From an uncultured Candidatus Saccharibacteria bacterium (lineage in GTDB: Bacteria; Patescibacteriota; Minisyncoccia; Phycocordibacterales; UBA9973), in NCBI GenBank assembly GCA_964354985.1, contig CAYHBR010000003.1, forward strand, positions 4,809 through 68,808: 64,000 nucleotides of DNA, in the 5' to 3' direction. Each line of letters begins with the position of its first letter. The first letter of the stretch is position 1. A program made the translations under genes and the position numbers. Below, piece after piece: positions 18,981-30,127 of this stretch. The notes beneath the pieces were generated by a model. It was not told the origin of the DNA and made no database searches. It saw nothing but the letters and a program-made list of their open reading frames with translations.

Positions 18981-20168
18981 CTATTGTTCCAGCGCAACAA
19001 TCCCCGGCAATGTGCTTTTTTCTAAATATTCAAGAGTAGCCCCACCGCCTGTTGAAACAAAGTGGAATTTGTCGACAAGTCCTAGCTTGGAAGCGAGCGC
19101 AACAGTGTCGCCTCCGCCGATAGTCGAATGGGTAGCGTCACTGACCCCTGCAAGCTTGTTTAAGAGTGCCTCTGTCGCCCCACCGAAGCCATCCTCGTAT
19201 TTGCCCATTGGACCGTTCCAAAGAACAGTTTTGGCTCCATCTAAAATAAATTTAATCTTCACAATTGATTTTGGGCCGATATCCACGATTACGTCACCTT
19301 TTATGACAGCATCTGTATTAATATTTTTCACAACATCAGCCGAGTCTTCTGTCGGCTTGCGTTTTACCACAAGGTCTTCTGGTAAATAAAATTTCTCAGT
19401 ATCAAAAATTTTTAAGTTAATAAAATCTTTGGTGGAGTTATCGTTTTCAGGAATGCCGGCGCTTTCGTCGTGGAACGAATCCCCTATTTCCTTGCCTTGC
19501 AAAAAAAGAATTTGATTTAGAAGTGCGCCACCAACGATAACCTTGTTGGCTTTTTCAGATATTTTTTTGATGAGTTTCATTTTGGTCGAAAGTTTGGCAC
19601 CGCCGAAAATAACAACATACGGCCGGGCTGGGTTTTCCTGCAGAGCAGACAGGTGTTCAACTTCTTCGAGTAGTTGCATTCCTGCAAATGACGGCATAAG
19701 TTTTGGCAAACCAACGATACTGGCGTGCTCACGATGAGAAACAGAAAAGGCGTCGTTCACAAAAATTTCTCCGAGCGAAGCTAACCATTTTGAAAACTCG
19801 ATATCGTTTTCTTTTTCACCAGCAAAGGCACGGATATTGGTGAGGAGAAGAACATTACCGTTTTGCATTCCATCAACAGCTTTCTCAATGGTCGCCTTGT
19901 CTGTGGTATCCAAAAATGCGAGCGGAACTTTTTGCTCTTCGAGTTTTTTGGCAATTGGCGCCAGACTCTCACTTCCGTCGTCGCCTAAGTGTGTGAGCAA
20001 AACAATTTTGGCGCCACGCGAAGTGAGGAACTGGATAGTCGGCAAAGCTCGCAGAATGCGGTAATCATCACGGACAGCGCCACCAACTATTGGCACATTC
20101 AAATCACTGCGCAAAATTATCCGCTTGCCTTCGATATGTTCGATTTCAGAAACGCTTTTGATTTTCAT
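18981..20168 (-). CDS. pgk: Phosphoglycerate kinase
   Basis: MKIKSV...RSDLNVPIVGGAVRDDYRILRALPTIQFL... PGK. An AAGAGGA Shine-Dalgarno sits before the ATG at 20168. Confidence 0.95.
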   Translation of the reverse strand: MKIKSVSEIEHIEGKRIILRSDLNVPIVGGAVRDDYRILRALPTIQFLTSRGAKIVLLTHLGDDGSESLAPIAKKLEEQKVPLAFLDTTDKATIEKAVDGMQNGNVLLLTNIRAFAGEKENDIEFSKWLASLGEIFVNDAFSVSHREHASIVGLPKLMPSFAGMQLLEEVEHLSALQENPARPYVVIFGGAKLSTKMKLIKKISEKANKVIVGGALLNQILFLQGKEIGDSFHDESAGIPENDNSTKDFINLKIFDTEKFYLPEDLVVKRKPTEDSADVVKNINTDAVIKGDVIVDIGPKSIVKIKFILDGAKTVLWNGPMGKYEDGFGGATEALLNKLAGVSDATHSTIGGGDTVALASKLGLVDKFHFVSTGGGATLEYLEKSTLPGIVALEQ

Positions 20169-20181
20169 TTTTTCTTTCCTC

Positions 20182-20955
20182 TTATTTAGCAAAACGGTTT
20201 ATTATTTCAATAAATGCCTTTGGATCGATACTTGCGCGACCGACGAGTAGTCCGTGCATACCGGCAACTGTGATAAATTCTTTGGCGTTCTTACTCGTCA
20301 CCGAACCGCCGTAGAGAACAGGTACAGTTTTCATTGTTTTTTCATCTGAAATATCTGCGACAAGTTTTTGTATATAAATGCGCATTTCGCGGGCGTCTTC
20401 TGGTGTCGCGGCAACTTTGGCACCGATTGCCCAAAGCGGTTCGTAGGCAATGATGGTATTACCTACCTCTTTTTTTGACAAGCCTTCAAGTATCGCGACC
20501 TGTTCGCGAACTTCGGCATGAGATTTCTCGGCATCTGCGCGACTCTTTTCTCCGACACATAGAATCGGACGAATACCGACTGCGTGTGCGGCCTTCAATT
20601 TCATTAAAACAACTTCATTACTCTCGCCCATCGCACGTCGTTCGGAGTGTCCGATGATTGAATACTTTACGCCAACAGAAGCTAACGCTTTGGGAGAAAC
20701 TTCACCGGTATATGCGCCTATCATCATTGGTGAGAGATCTTGAGCGCCGAGTAAGTATTTTCCTTTCTTGATTGTCGCGCCAACACTTTGCATAAAAGGA
20801 AATGGCGGGCAGACGACAATCGTGACTCCTTTTTGGGTGTGACTAAGAATATTTTTTAGAGCTAACTTGCTCGTCAAAGCTGTCGCGATTTTATTGGCTT
20901 CTTTATTTGTTTCTGGGTACTGCTTCCAGTTGGCGATGATGTATGTGGTGTTCAT
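20182..20955 (-). CDS. tpiA: Triosephosphate isomerase
   Basis: 257 aa with IIANWK, GHSERR and CVGE motifs. Confidence 0.95.
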   Translation of the reverse strand: MNTTYIIANWKQYPETNKEANKIATALTSKLALKNILSHTQKGVTIVVCPPFPFMQSVGATIKKGKYLLGAQDLSPMMIGAYTGEVSPKALASVGVKYSIIGHSERRAMGESNEVVLMKLKAAHAVGIRPILCVGEKSRADAEKSHAEVREQVAILEGLSKKEVGNTIIAYEPLWAIGAKVAATPEDAREMRIYIQKLVADISDEKTMKTVPVLYGGSVTSKNAKEFITVAGMHGLLVGRASIDPKAFIEIINRFAK

Positions 20956-20992
20956 ATTTATTCATTCTACTCTAAATACTAAAGCTTACAAA

Positions 20993-21023
20993 CAAAAAAA
21001 ACCGCATTTGCGGTTTTTTTTGT
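20993..21023. terminator. Bidirectional intrinsic terminator
   Basis: aaaaaaaa-accgca-tt-tgcggt-tttttttt. Confidence 0.6.
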
Positions 21024-21040
21024 TTGTATAACGTTTGAAA

Positions 21041-21523
21041 TTATAAAATTGAACCAAAAGTACACACCATAGTAGAACCTCCCATGTCTATAGAAAATCC
21101 ACTTCCTACTGGCTGATTAGCACCATTCCACACACCAGAATCAGACGTTTGTTCACCAGTACTATTGTTGGTTGTAGTACAATCTAATTCTTGTGAAAAC
21201 AAAGGATTAGTTCCACCAGATATCACCATTTTAGGATAATCTGATACTTTTGATAATAAGCTGGTCGCTTTCGAAAGCTGACTAAGTATTGCCTTTGCCT
21301 GACTAAACCTTGCTACATCGTAAATAGCTGTAACAGGTGCTTTGCTTGTATTTGAAATAATTTTGTAATCAGAAACTAAACTTTTTGACGTAATAACAGC
21401 AGCCCCCTGGTCTTTATTATTGCTTTTAACTATAAAAAGAATAACTACTATTGCAACAACTAAAACCAAAATTATAATGATATTTTTTTTCATAAAATTC
21501 TTCTTAAATAATAATATAAACAT
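21041..21523 (-). CDS. Hypothetical membrane-anchored protein
   Basis: 160 aa with an N-terminal TM helix and a Ser/Thr-rich ectodomain. Confidence 0.5.
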   Translation of the reverse strand: MFILLFKKNFMKKNIIIILVLVVAIVVILFIVKSNNKDQGAAVITSKSLVSDYKIISNTSKAPVTAIYDVARFSQAKAILSQLSKATSLLSKVSDYPKMVISGGTNPLFSQELDCTTTNNSTGEQTSDSGVWNGANQPVGSGFSIDMGGSTMVCTFGSIL

Positions 21524-21534
21524 TATACACCTTT

Positions 21535-21921
21535 TTAAAAGACTGGGAAACCAAAACTACGGACATAATCAAGAGCCTTATCCTTTGTTATCGCGTAAAC
21601 ACTATCTATACTTTCCCCTACTTTTAATTCGTAAGCAAACAATATTTTATCACTTATCATGTCAACAACAGTTATCCTATATTTACCCAGTGGTACATCA
21701 GCAAGGATATTAAAAATTAAACAGGAGTTCAATTTAGCGTTGAAAATGTACCGACTTGTGCCATCTGTAAAATATGCAGGACTTTTTTGTATAAAAATGT
21801 CTCCACAATTTTTAGTAGCAATAATTTTGTGCATACTATTTTTGTTAATGAATCGAAATAACAAAATTCCAAACACAATTATTATTATCAATACCCAACT
21901 TGTTATGAATTTCTTATCCAC
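21535..21921 (-). CDS. Hypothetical membrane-anchored protein
   Basis: 128 aa with an N-terminal TM helix. Confidence 0.5.
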   Translation of the reverse strand: MDKKFITSWVLIIIIVFGILLFRFINKNSMHKIIATKNCGDIFIQKSPAYFTDGTSRYIFNAKLNSCLIFNILADVPLGKYRITVVDMISDKILFAYELKVGESIDSVYAITKDKALDYVRSFGFPVF

Positions 21922-21933
21922 TGGTTTCGTTTA

Positions 21934-23862
21934 TTAATTATATGTAATTATTACAGCACCACTTGTCCCTGCAAGACCTTGGCTAAATGCGGCATTTCCT
22001 CCCACTCCACCGTTACCACCTTTCCCATAAACCACCCCGCCGCCAGATGATCCTCCAGTGCCACCTGTGTAAGATGCCGACCCTACGCCAATTGCACCAG
22101 AAAAACCAGATAGGGCAATTCCTGTTGGGGCAGTTGGAATACCACCCAATCCACCATTTGCAGTTCCTAAGGCTGCTGCTGGTGCTCCTTTTCCACCTGT
22201 CGCAATATAGGTTGAATTAAACACACTATTAACTCCATTAGTTCCTCCGTTTCCAGGCTGACCAAACATTCCTCCACTCCCTCCTTGACCCACTGTTACA
22301 GAGTATGATTGCCCACCTGAAACCGCAATATTGGCGTCGATATATCCTGCACCACCACCACCACCTCCTCCACTACCTGAAAATAATGAAGCGTATCCTC
22401 CTGCACCACCGCCTCCGCCACCCCATACTTGTATTCGCGCGGTTGTGACGCCTGCTGGCACAGTCCATGTAGATGATCCGACAGATGTATATGTCTGCAC
22501 TCCTGAAGTAGAGTTTGCTGGGGGGCACCAAACCAGACTACCGATATTATCTGCACAAATAGCTTTATATCCAGCTGAACCAGCGGCCAAGGTAGGGCTT
22601 CTAAGTTGCATACCACTTACAAAGGGGGCAGTTACTGAACCTCCTGACCAAATGTTTCCCGGGATCAATATGTCACCTCCAACATGAACATCTCTTACGT
22701 ACACATCTGCATTGTGTCCGCCCCCTTCACTACTCCAAAAATTTAATCCGGGTCTGTTTGTGATAATAGAACTAATTCCCGAAGAGGTAGATGTATTTAG
22801 AGAAATAGCGTCTGTTCCTGCATTACCACTGCCTGAAAGACTTACTTTTAACGGTGCGTTATTTATCTGAATTGCACCACCACTTACATCTAGTCGAGTA
22901 GCTGTAGCTGGTTGTGTTTCTCCTATTTTCACAGTTATATCATCGTTGGTTAAATTAGCGCTACCACTAAGTGATAGACCGCCTATATCATATCTTGGTA
23001 CTCGATAAACTCCACTTCCTACATTGACAGTTGCGCCACTTCCACTTGATCCACATGTGGTAACGTTTCCACCTGGATATACACACAATGGACTTATGGA
23101 TGGGACTGTAGTTAGTCCTTTTAAATTTATACTCTCTGCAATAATTCCAGCATATGTATTACTCATGTTTGTCCAAAATTCAACGAAGTTTTTATTATTA
23201 GCAGTAACTCTAAAGTTTTGACTAGCTGTCAATCCAGCATCTAAAATAAGAGTCTTGCCTACAGTAACAGAGTTACCATCGTTTAATAAATTTGTCGCCG
23301 CAACAGGCGTGTCTAGCGCAGAAAATCGAACAGTGTTATTGGTCGCACCAGAAAGAGTCGTTCCACTTCCCCCTGTCGGCCACGCACTTATACAAGTGGT
23401 GAGCGAGAAACAAAACTTACTGGCGAAAATTGAGCCTGGATCTGGGACAGGGCTCGTTGACGACATTGCTCCGAGAGCCGCAATACCAGCACCAATTTGT
23501 GTGGGGGTCCAATAAAAGCCGCCGGAAAAAATCCTGCCCATGGTTTTCAATCCATTGACTGGAACAGTGGCAAAGTCTATGCCAGTACCAACACCAACTT
23601 TATTATCAACTTGCAATATGCCTGATTGGTTAGAAGTTGGAATCAAAGGAAGTGTTGTTCCAGCTCCGACTCGAGATTGATATGTTTGGAGACTTCCACC
23701 TTTTATTTGAGAATATTGACTAGTATTTATCGGAAGTGGAGCGTTTGAGTTCGCAGGTGTTCCTGTCGGTCCAACAAAAGATGTTTGAGCGTAGACTGCA
23801 ATAGCACCAAAAAGTATTGCGAGAAATGCTGTCTTTGCTGATTGTGTTAAAAACTTTTTCAT
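21934..23862 (-). CDS. Secreted glycine-rich repeat protein
   Basis: 642 aa with a signal peptide. The C-terminal ~170 aa are Gly-rich (GGGGGGAGGY...GGGGGGGAGY...VIITYN). Confidence 0.7.
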   Translation of the reverse strand: MKKFLTQSAKTAFLAILFGAIAVYAQTSFVGPTGTPANSNAPLPINTSQYSQIKGGSLQTYQSRVGAGTTLPLIPTSNQSGILQVDNKVGVGTGIDFATVPVNGLKTMGRIFSGGFYWTPTQIGAGIAALGAMSSTSPVPDPGSIFASKFCFSLTTCISAWPTGGSGTTLSGATNNTVRFSALDTPVAATNLLNDGNSVTVGKTLILDAGLTASQNFRVTANNKNFVEFWTNMSNTYAGIIAESINLKGLTTVPSISPLCVYPGGNVTTCGSSGSGATVNVGSGVYRVPRYDIGGLSLSGSANLTNDDITVKIGETQPATATRLDVSGGAIQINNAPLKVSLSGSGNAGTDAISLNTSTSSGISSIITNRPGLNFWSSEGGGHNADVYVRDVHVGGDILIPGNIWSGGSVTAPFVSGMQLRSPTLAAGSAGYKAICADNIGSLVWCPPANSTSGVQTYTSVGSSTWTVPAGVTTARIQVWGGGGGGAGGYASLFSGSGGGGGGGAGYIDANIAVSGGQSYSVTVGQGGSGGMFGQPGNGGTNGVNSVFNSTYIATGGKGAPAAALGTANGGLGGIPTAPTGIALSGFSGAIGVGSASYTGGTGGSSGGGVVYGKGGNGGVGGNAAFSQGLAGTSGAVIITYN

Positions 23863-23927
23863 ACTTTTTATTATAAATCTAGATTAATAATGTGGCGACT
23901 TTTTTAGTGGATAATGTTTTGAAATAA

Positions 23928-26133
23928 TCAACGCTCGAAGAATCGGAAAAACCAGTTTCGATTTGATGGTGGATTACAAGCAGGGTCTACATCTACAGTA
24001 AATGATTTGAGTGTGCCATCGCATTTAATACTGAATAATGTCGAGCTACTTATCGTAAAGTTAGGAATAACACTTGGGACCGGCACAATGTAACTATTAT
24101 TCCCGATCGGCACAGAAAATGGACCTGTCCAAGCTGGGACTCCGACACCGTCCAGCAACATACAATTATTTGCCCCGGCAAGATTATTTACAGTTACTAC
24201 TGGAGAAAATACAGTTGTGTCATCTGGAACACAACTATTTACTACATCAATACTTGGAGTTAGTGGCTCAAGTGTAATAACTCTCACGCTTGCCGGCGGT
24301 AGTGGTTGTCCAGAAATTCCTCCGATAGTTGCGTCACAATTTATAGTGTAAGTTGTAGTGCTTGGATAGGCTGGATTGTGACTCTTTCCAGTTGCCATTG
24401 GTATTTGAGCATTTCCAGTTGCGGGCAACGAAGCATCCGCCAATGTTCCGGCTGCATTAGTCCAATAAACTGATGGGGTGGATGTTGAAAAACAAGAGTC
24501 TGGAGTAATGTCGGCGCTTGATTCCCACCTTAGATCGACTGTATCTGTTGAGCTTGCATAAATGTCAGCTGAGGTGAACAAACTATTTGAGTCTGAGTAA
24601 AGCTTAATTTTAAGGGTTAAATCACCTAAAACTCCCATATTTTTTGAAACTTCGACGACATTTGATTGGACTGCAGTACCGCTGGAATTTAAACAAGTAA
24701 TACTATATAAGGTTGGGTTTGAAGGCACACTTATGCCTGACTCCGTGGAGCCGATACCATTTGTGGTCGGCACATTTTTAAATATAGGCTGACCCACTCC
24801 TGAAAATTTCCACAAAGGTATATTTTGAGTCGTTCCGCTAGCTGGAATATTTGCCTGACAATTTGACCAACCAGAACCACTAGATGTCCATTTCATTGAG
24901 ACAGTTTCTCCAGGATCTACAGAAAATGGTCCTTGTGAGTATGAAGGATTTGTAATACTTGAATTACCTTCAAGCAAAATATTGTTGCCTGGGTCTGGCG
25001 TGACCGTAACAGTTACTTGCGGGCAAGTAGCCATCGCTGTTGCTTTGGTTGCTGGATCACACGGGATTGCAACCTGACCTGGAGCTGGTACTTTTCCCGC
25101 TCGTATCCCTTCATAGTTTATACAATCTAAATAATATGTCGTGTCCGGCGCATATACATATGTATTTTGATTTGTACCACCGATTGGTGAAGTGGTTGAC
25201 GGTAATGCCACACCGCCAGGTGCAAATGTTGTTGAGTCCCAGCCAGTAAGTAGCGGACCAGTGACAGGCACTCCACCTATTATGTGAGTTGAAAATAGAT
25301 CTGAAAATCCACCAGAGCCAACTATGTTACATTTATCAAATTTTCTTAATGGGTAATTTACAATATCTGCATCGATACTGTTTTGCCAATTATAACTAAT
25401 GCCTCCTGTGAGTGAGCCTCCTGCTGGGACAGTATTACCGGGAAGTGCTTTTAAAGAAATAATAGGTATATACCTCGGTGTTATTTTCGGTACACTTGAA
25501 ACTCCATCAAAAGAAATCCAGCCGGCGACTTCTGTGCCGGAGCTGAAAACTGTTCCGCCCCAAGCGTATCCTGAAAATAAGCCGAGAGTTGTATCGTATG
25601 TGACACCAAAAAGATCACCTGATTGAGCTTTTCCTGCCATTGCCACCCAGCCGTTCCAGCCACCGTTTTGGTCGGTTATGATATTTGTATCAGATCCACA
25701 ATTGTCAGGTTTTGTTGTATTTGTAAAATCACTACAAAAACGAGCCCAGCCCACAACCGGGCGAACTCCTGCAATATCAATACCTGTAACCTTCGCACCA
25801 CCAAGCCTGTTGCCAGCCAAAGAAGGTGTCATTACTGTTTGATCAAACCGTATCCAACCAATATTATCAGACCAGCCAAGACCTCTCATTTCTCCAGTAG
25901 TTGTGTCTAGGGTGACTCCGTATATTCCTCCAGACCCAGCACATGTGTTTATTTGATACCCTGCATTCGCTCCGGAGTTGTCGCAATTCATACTTATCCA
26001 ACCAGCCGAGTCGCTCCAAGCATAGCCATACAGTGGAGCAGTTGTGGGTGCGGCCTGTGCGCGCAAGCCAAAAGCAAAAACTCCGAGAGACAGAGCAGAG
26101 AAAATTATTATTGATTTTAAAAAACGGTTCATA
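23928..26133 (-). CDS. Large secreted protein with GW-containing tandem motifs
   Basis: 735 aa from MNRFLKSIIIFSALSLGVFA (signal peptide). Repeated GYAWSDSAGWISMN, GLGWSDNIGWIRFD and GWISFDG motifs. The upstream ATG at 26243 would overlap the next gene. Confidence 0.7.
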
Positions 26134-26169
26134 TGAAGATTTATATTTTGATGCGTATTAGTTTGGGCA

Positions 26170-26502
26170 TTAGTTTTGGAATGAAGCAATGATAGCTTTT
26201 TGTTCTGCTTCGGTGAGAGGTTTCTCTGGTGGAATATTGGCAACAGATTTTAAGATAGCCTGTTGTTCTGTTTTGGAAAGTGGTTTTTGCGCAGGCGCTT
26301 CGGAAAAAGATTTGACGATTGCTTCTTGCTCCGCTTTTGTAAGTGGCTTCTCAATATTTACAAGATTTGAATTTGGATTTAAATATTTTTGATTTTTAGT
26401 GAGAGTGTATGCAGTAAAAACCACTACTGCGATAATGGCGAGTAATACAAAAAAACCTGCGTGTCCTTTTTTTTTCTGTATTTGTGTATTATCGATTGCC
26501 AT
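26170..26502 (-). CDS. Small membrane-anchored protein with three tandem 21-aa repeats
   Basis: 110 aa with a TM helix, then KPLTKAEQEAIVKSF / KPLSKTEQQAILKSV / KPLTEAEQKAIIASF. Confidence 0.6.
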   Translation of the reverse strand: MAIDNTQIQKKKGHAGFFVLLAIIAVVVFTAYTLTKNQKYLNPNSNLVNIEKPLTKAEQEAIVKSFSEAPAQKPLSKTEQQAILKSVANIPPEKPLTEAEQKAIIASFQN

Positions 26503-26565
26503 AATGCTATTAACTTTAATATTACTATTATTCTACGAGCATAACAATGCATTTTTGTGTGGATT

Positions 26566-26600
26566 GCAAAAAAGTCTTTTTTTTGATATTATGATTTCCG
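26566..26600 (+). promoter_or_regulatory. Candidate promoter for nusA
   Basis: TTGCAA, 17 nt, TATTAT upstream of nusA. Confidence 0.3.
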
Positions 26601-26655
26601 TAAGTCCCGGCCGAAACCGAGGCTTTTTTTACAAATAAATAATAATAATAAATAT

Positions 26656-27876
26656 ATGTTAGACATGAAAGTACTCAAGTCGGCTCTCGAACAACTAGAG
26701 GAAGAGCGCCGAATTCCAAAAGAAAAAATAATTGAGGCCATAGAGCAGGCCCTCGCCGCTGCCTATAAAAAAGACTTCGGAAAGCGCTGGCAAATAGTTC
26801 GATGTCATTTTGACCTCGAAACCGGCGAAATCTCATTTTCACAGGTAAAAATCGTCGTAGACGATTCTTTGGTCTGGATGCCTGAAAATGAAGAGTCTGC
26901 CACCCCAACAGGTGAAGAACGCGAGCGCTTTAACTCTGAAAAACACATTCTCCTCGCTGACGCCCGCATGATCAAGGGAAATTCCGAAGTCAACGACGAA
27001 ATTGTCTTCCCCCTCGAATCCAAAGAGGATTTCGGCCGTATTGCTGCCCAAACTGCCAAACAAGTCATCATGCAGCGTATTCGTGAGGCCGAGAGAAGCT
27101 CTCTTGTCGACGAATATGGCGACAAAGAAGGCGAAATCATCTCTGGAATCATCCAAAAGATCGAAGGTGGCACTGTCATCGTCGATTTTAACCGGGCTTT
27201 AGGTATTTTGCCTCCCCAGGAGCAGATTTCTGGCGAAAATTTCCGCCGTGGCGAACGAATTCGCGCATATTTGTATGCCGTAGACGAAGGAGCAAGGGGT
27301 GTATCGCTCAAACTTTCCCGCACTCATCCCATGTTTTTGAAGAAACTCTTCGAACTTGAGGTTCCCGAGATAGCTAGTGGTGTCGTAGAGGTAAAATCTA
27401 TTGCCCGCGAACCAGGATCTCGTTCCAAAATGGCTGTTTTCTCGACAGACGACCATGTTGACCCAGTTGGTTCTTGTGTCGGAGGACGCGGAGTCCGTGT
27501 CACGACTGTTACCAATGAACTTGGCGGTGAAAAAGTCGACATTATAGAATGGAGTGCAGACCATGCAACCTATATCTCAAACTCACTTTCTCCTGCCAAA
27601 GTCATCAATATTGAAGTAAACGAAGCTGAACACAAGGCATTTATCGAAGTCGCCGACGACCAGCTTTCTCTCGCTATCGGCAAAGGTGGACAAAATGTCC
27701 GTCTAGCTGCCAAACTCACTGGTTGGAGAATAGACATCAAAGGTATCACTGCCGAGTCTGTCACATCAAGTGACGGCGAAACAGTCGAAGAGGAAGGTGG
27801 TTTTTCTTCTCTAAAAGATCTTAAAAATACTTATAGCGAAGGAGTTGATATGGGTAGTGACAAAATCGAAGATTAA
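26656..27876 (+). CDS. nusA: Transcription termination/antitermination factor NusA
   Basis: 406 aa with NTD, S1 and KH1/KH2 architecture (...IAIGKGGQNVRLAAKLTGWRIDIK); no AR1/AR2 domains. Confidence 0.9.
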   Translation: MLDMKVLKSALEQLEEERRIPKEKIIEAIEQALAAAYKKDFGKRWQIVRCHFDLETGEISFSQVKIVVDDSLVWMPENEESATPTGEERERFNSEKHILLADARMIKGNSEVNDEIVFPLESKEDFGRIAAQTAKQVIMQRIREAERSSLVDEYGDKEGEIISGIIQKIEGGTVIVDFNRALGILPPQEQISGENFRRGERIRAYLYAVDEGARGVSLKLSRTHPMFLKKLFELEVPEIASGVVEVKSIAREPGSRSKMAVFSTDDHVDPVGSCVGGRGVRVTTVTNELGGEKVDIIEWSADHATYISNSLSPAKVINIEVNEAEHKAFIEVADDQLSLAIGKGGQNVRLAAKLTGWRIDIKGITAESVTSSDGETVEEEGGFSSLKDLKNTYSEGVDMGSDKIED

Positions 27877-27900
27877 TTATTAATTTATATACAAATAACT

Positions 27901-29877
27901 ATGAAAATATTTATCTTAGCTACTTCTGTTATCGCAATTCTCTACGGAGCAATTCGCGCAAGTCTTATTATGAAACTTCCAGACGGCAATGCTCGTATGC
28001 AAGAAATCGCAAAAGCCATTCAAGAAGGTGCTCGTGCTTATTTAAATCGTCAATATAAAACAATAGCGGTAGTTGCAGTGATACTGTTTCTTGTTCTTGG
28101 TTTTGTGCCAGCACTTGGTTGGACTACTGCTATCAGCTTCCTTGTTGGTGCAATATTCTCAGGCGCCGCTGGTTATATCGGTATGCATGTTTCTGTCCGC
28201 GCAAATGTTCGTACAGCTGAAGCTGCAAAAAGTGGGATGAAAAAGGCTCTTGCGGTAGCTGTTGGAGGTGGATCTGTAACAGGAATGCTTGTTGTTGGAC
28301 TCGCTCTACTCGGAACTGCAATGATTTATTTCGTTACAGGTGATTTGCATGCACTTATTGGTTTTAGTTTTGGTGGTTCTCTTATTTCTATTTTTGCTCG
28401 ACTTGGCGGTGGAATCTTTACCAAAGCTGCTGATGTTGGAGCAGATCTAGTAGGAAAAGTCGAGGCGGGTATTCCCGAAGACGACCCACGCAACCCTGCG
28501 GTTATTGCTGACAATGTTGGAGACAATGTTGGAGACTGCGCAGGAATGGCAGCTGATTTGTTTGAAACTTATACAGTGACAACAGTCGCAGCTATGTTAC
28601 TTGGTGCAATTTTCTTCCCAGCGATTGCGAATATTTCCCTCTTCCCTCTTGCACTCGGTGGAGTAGCTATCATCGCTTCACTCATTGGAATTCTTTTTAT
28701 TCGTCTTGATAAAAAACAGCGGATAATGCGTGCGCTCTACAAAGGACTTATCACCGCAGGTGTTTTGGCGCTTGTTGGATTTTACCCAGTCGCAATGACA
28801 TTTTTCGATGCTGACATGGCAAACAAAATCTTTTTTGTTTCGCTTATCGGACTCGCTGTCACTGGTGTACTTATCTTTATTACTGAATACTACACAAGTA
28901 CAGACTACGCCCCAGTAAAGAAACTAGCAGAAGCTAGTACAACAGGACACGGTACGAACATAATTGCTGGACTCGCTCTTTCGATGCGCTCAACAATGTA
29001 TCCGACACTTGTTATCATTGCGGGAATATTGGGAGCTTATTCTATTGCTGGCATATACGGTATCGCCATAGCTGCAGCTTCAATGCTTTCAATGGCAGGT
29101 ATTATCGTGACTATCGATGCGTATGGACCTATCACTGATAATGCTGGTGGTATTGCTGAAATGGCAGACCTCGGTGATGCTGTTAGAAATGTTACTGACC
29201 CGCTAGACGCTGTCGGAAACACAACAAAGGCTGTTACAAAAGGATACGCTATAGGTTCTGCCGCGCTCGCTTCGCTCGCGCTCTTCGCCGACTATGCCAA
29301 CAAAGTTGGAACAAACACAGTCTTTGATATCAGCGACCCTCGTGTTCTTGCTGGTCTTCTTATTGGAGGACTTTTGCCTTACATATTTGGAGCTCTTGCT
29401 ATGGAAGCAGTTGGTGATGCTGCAGGAAGTGTTGTGCTTGATGTTCGCGCTCAGTTTAAAGAAAAGCCAGGCATAATGGACGGCACACAGAAACCAGACT
29501 ACGGACGAACAGTTGATATCGTTACAAAAAGCGCTATTCGAAAAATGATCGTCCCTGCTCTCTTGCCAGTTATCGTGCCGATACTTGTCGGAACTATTCT
29601 TGGAGTTGAAGCACTCGGTGGACTCCTCGTTGGTTCTATTATCACTGGACTATTCGTCGCTATCTCAATGACTTCTGGTGGTGGCGCTTGGGACAATGCG
29701 AAGAAATATATCGAGCTTGGTAATTTTGGTGGCAAAGGTAGCGATGCCCACAAGGCAGCTGTTACCGGTGACACTGTCGGTGATCCTTACAAAGACACAG
29801 CAGGTCCCGCTATCAACCCAATGATCAAAATTCTTAACATCGTTGCTTTGCTTATCGTAGGGATGCTAATCAAATAG
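27901..29877 (+). CDS. hppA: Membrane-bound H+/Na+-translocating pyrophosphatase
   Basis: 658 aa, polytopic, with [20 protein letters not shown] and [19 protein letters not shown] signatures. Confidence 0.95.
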   Translation: MKIFILATSVIAILYGAIRASLIMKLPDGNARMQEIAKAIQEGARAYLNRQYKTIAVVAVILFLVLGFVPALGWTTAISFLVGAIFSGAAGYIGMHVSVRANVRTAEAAKSGMKKALAVAVGGGSVTGMLVVGLALLGTAMIYFVTGDLHALIGFSFGGSLISIFARLGGGIFTKAADVGADLVGKVEAGIPEDDPRNPAVIADNVGDNVGDCAGMAADLFETYTVTTVAAMLLGAIFFPAIANISLFPLALGGVAIIASLIGILFIRLDKKQRIMRALYKGLITAGVLALVGFYPVAMTFFDADMANKIFFVSLIGLAVTGVLIFITEYYTSTDYAPVKKLAEASTTGHGTNIIAGLALSMRSTMYPTLVIIAGILGAYSIAGIYGIAIAAASMLSMAGIIVTIDAYGPITDNAGGIAEMADLGDAVRNVTDPLDAVGNTTKAVTKGYAIGSAALASLALFADYANKVGTNTVFDISDPRVLAGLLIGGLLPYIFGALAMEAVGDAAGSVVLDVRAQFKEKPGIMDGTQKPDYGRTVDIVTKSAIRKMIVPALLPVIVPILVGTILGVEALGGLLVGSIITGLFVAISMTSGGGAWDNAKKYIELGNFGGKGSDAHKAAVTGDTVGDPYKDTAGPAINPMIKILNIVALLIVGMLIK

Positions 29878-29881
29878 TAGC

Positions 29882-30127
29882 TTGACTTGCTGTAATACAT
29901 TTTGTTACAATCTGTATATGAGAAATATTGTAAACATTTCAATGCCACCGGCACTCAAGCGCGAGGTTGATATGATAGTGAAAAAGGGAAACTATGCTTC
30001 CGTTAGTGAGTTTTTTCGTGATGCGATTAGAAGCTGGAAGGAAGACCAGCTCATCAAAGAACTTCATGAAAGCCGTATTGAGATAACTCGGGGTAAAGTC
30101 TGCAAAAAAGAAAGAGAAACTATTTAG
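29882..30127 (+). CDS. Ribbon-helix-helix antitoxin (ParD/CopG-like) of a type II TA pair
   Basis: ISMPPALKREVDMIVKKGNYASVSEFFRDAIRSW matches the RHH pattern of ParD-family antitoxins. Confidence 0.6.
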   Translation: MTCCNTFCYNLYMRNIVNISMPPALKREVDMIVKKGNYASVSEFFRDAIRSWKEDQLIKELHESRIEITRGKVCKKERETI

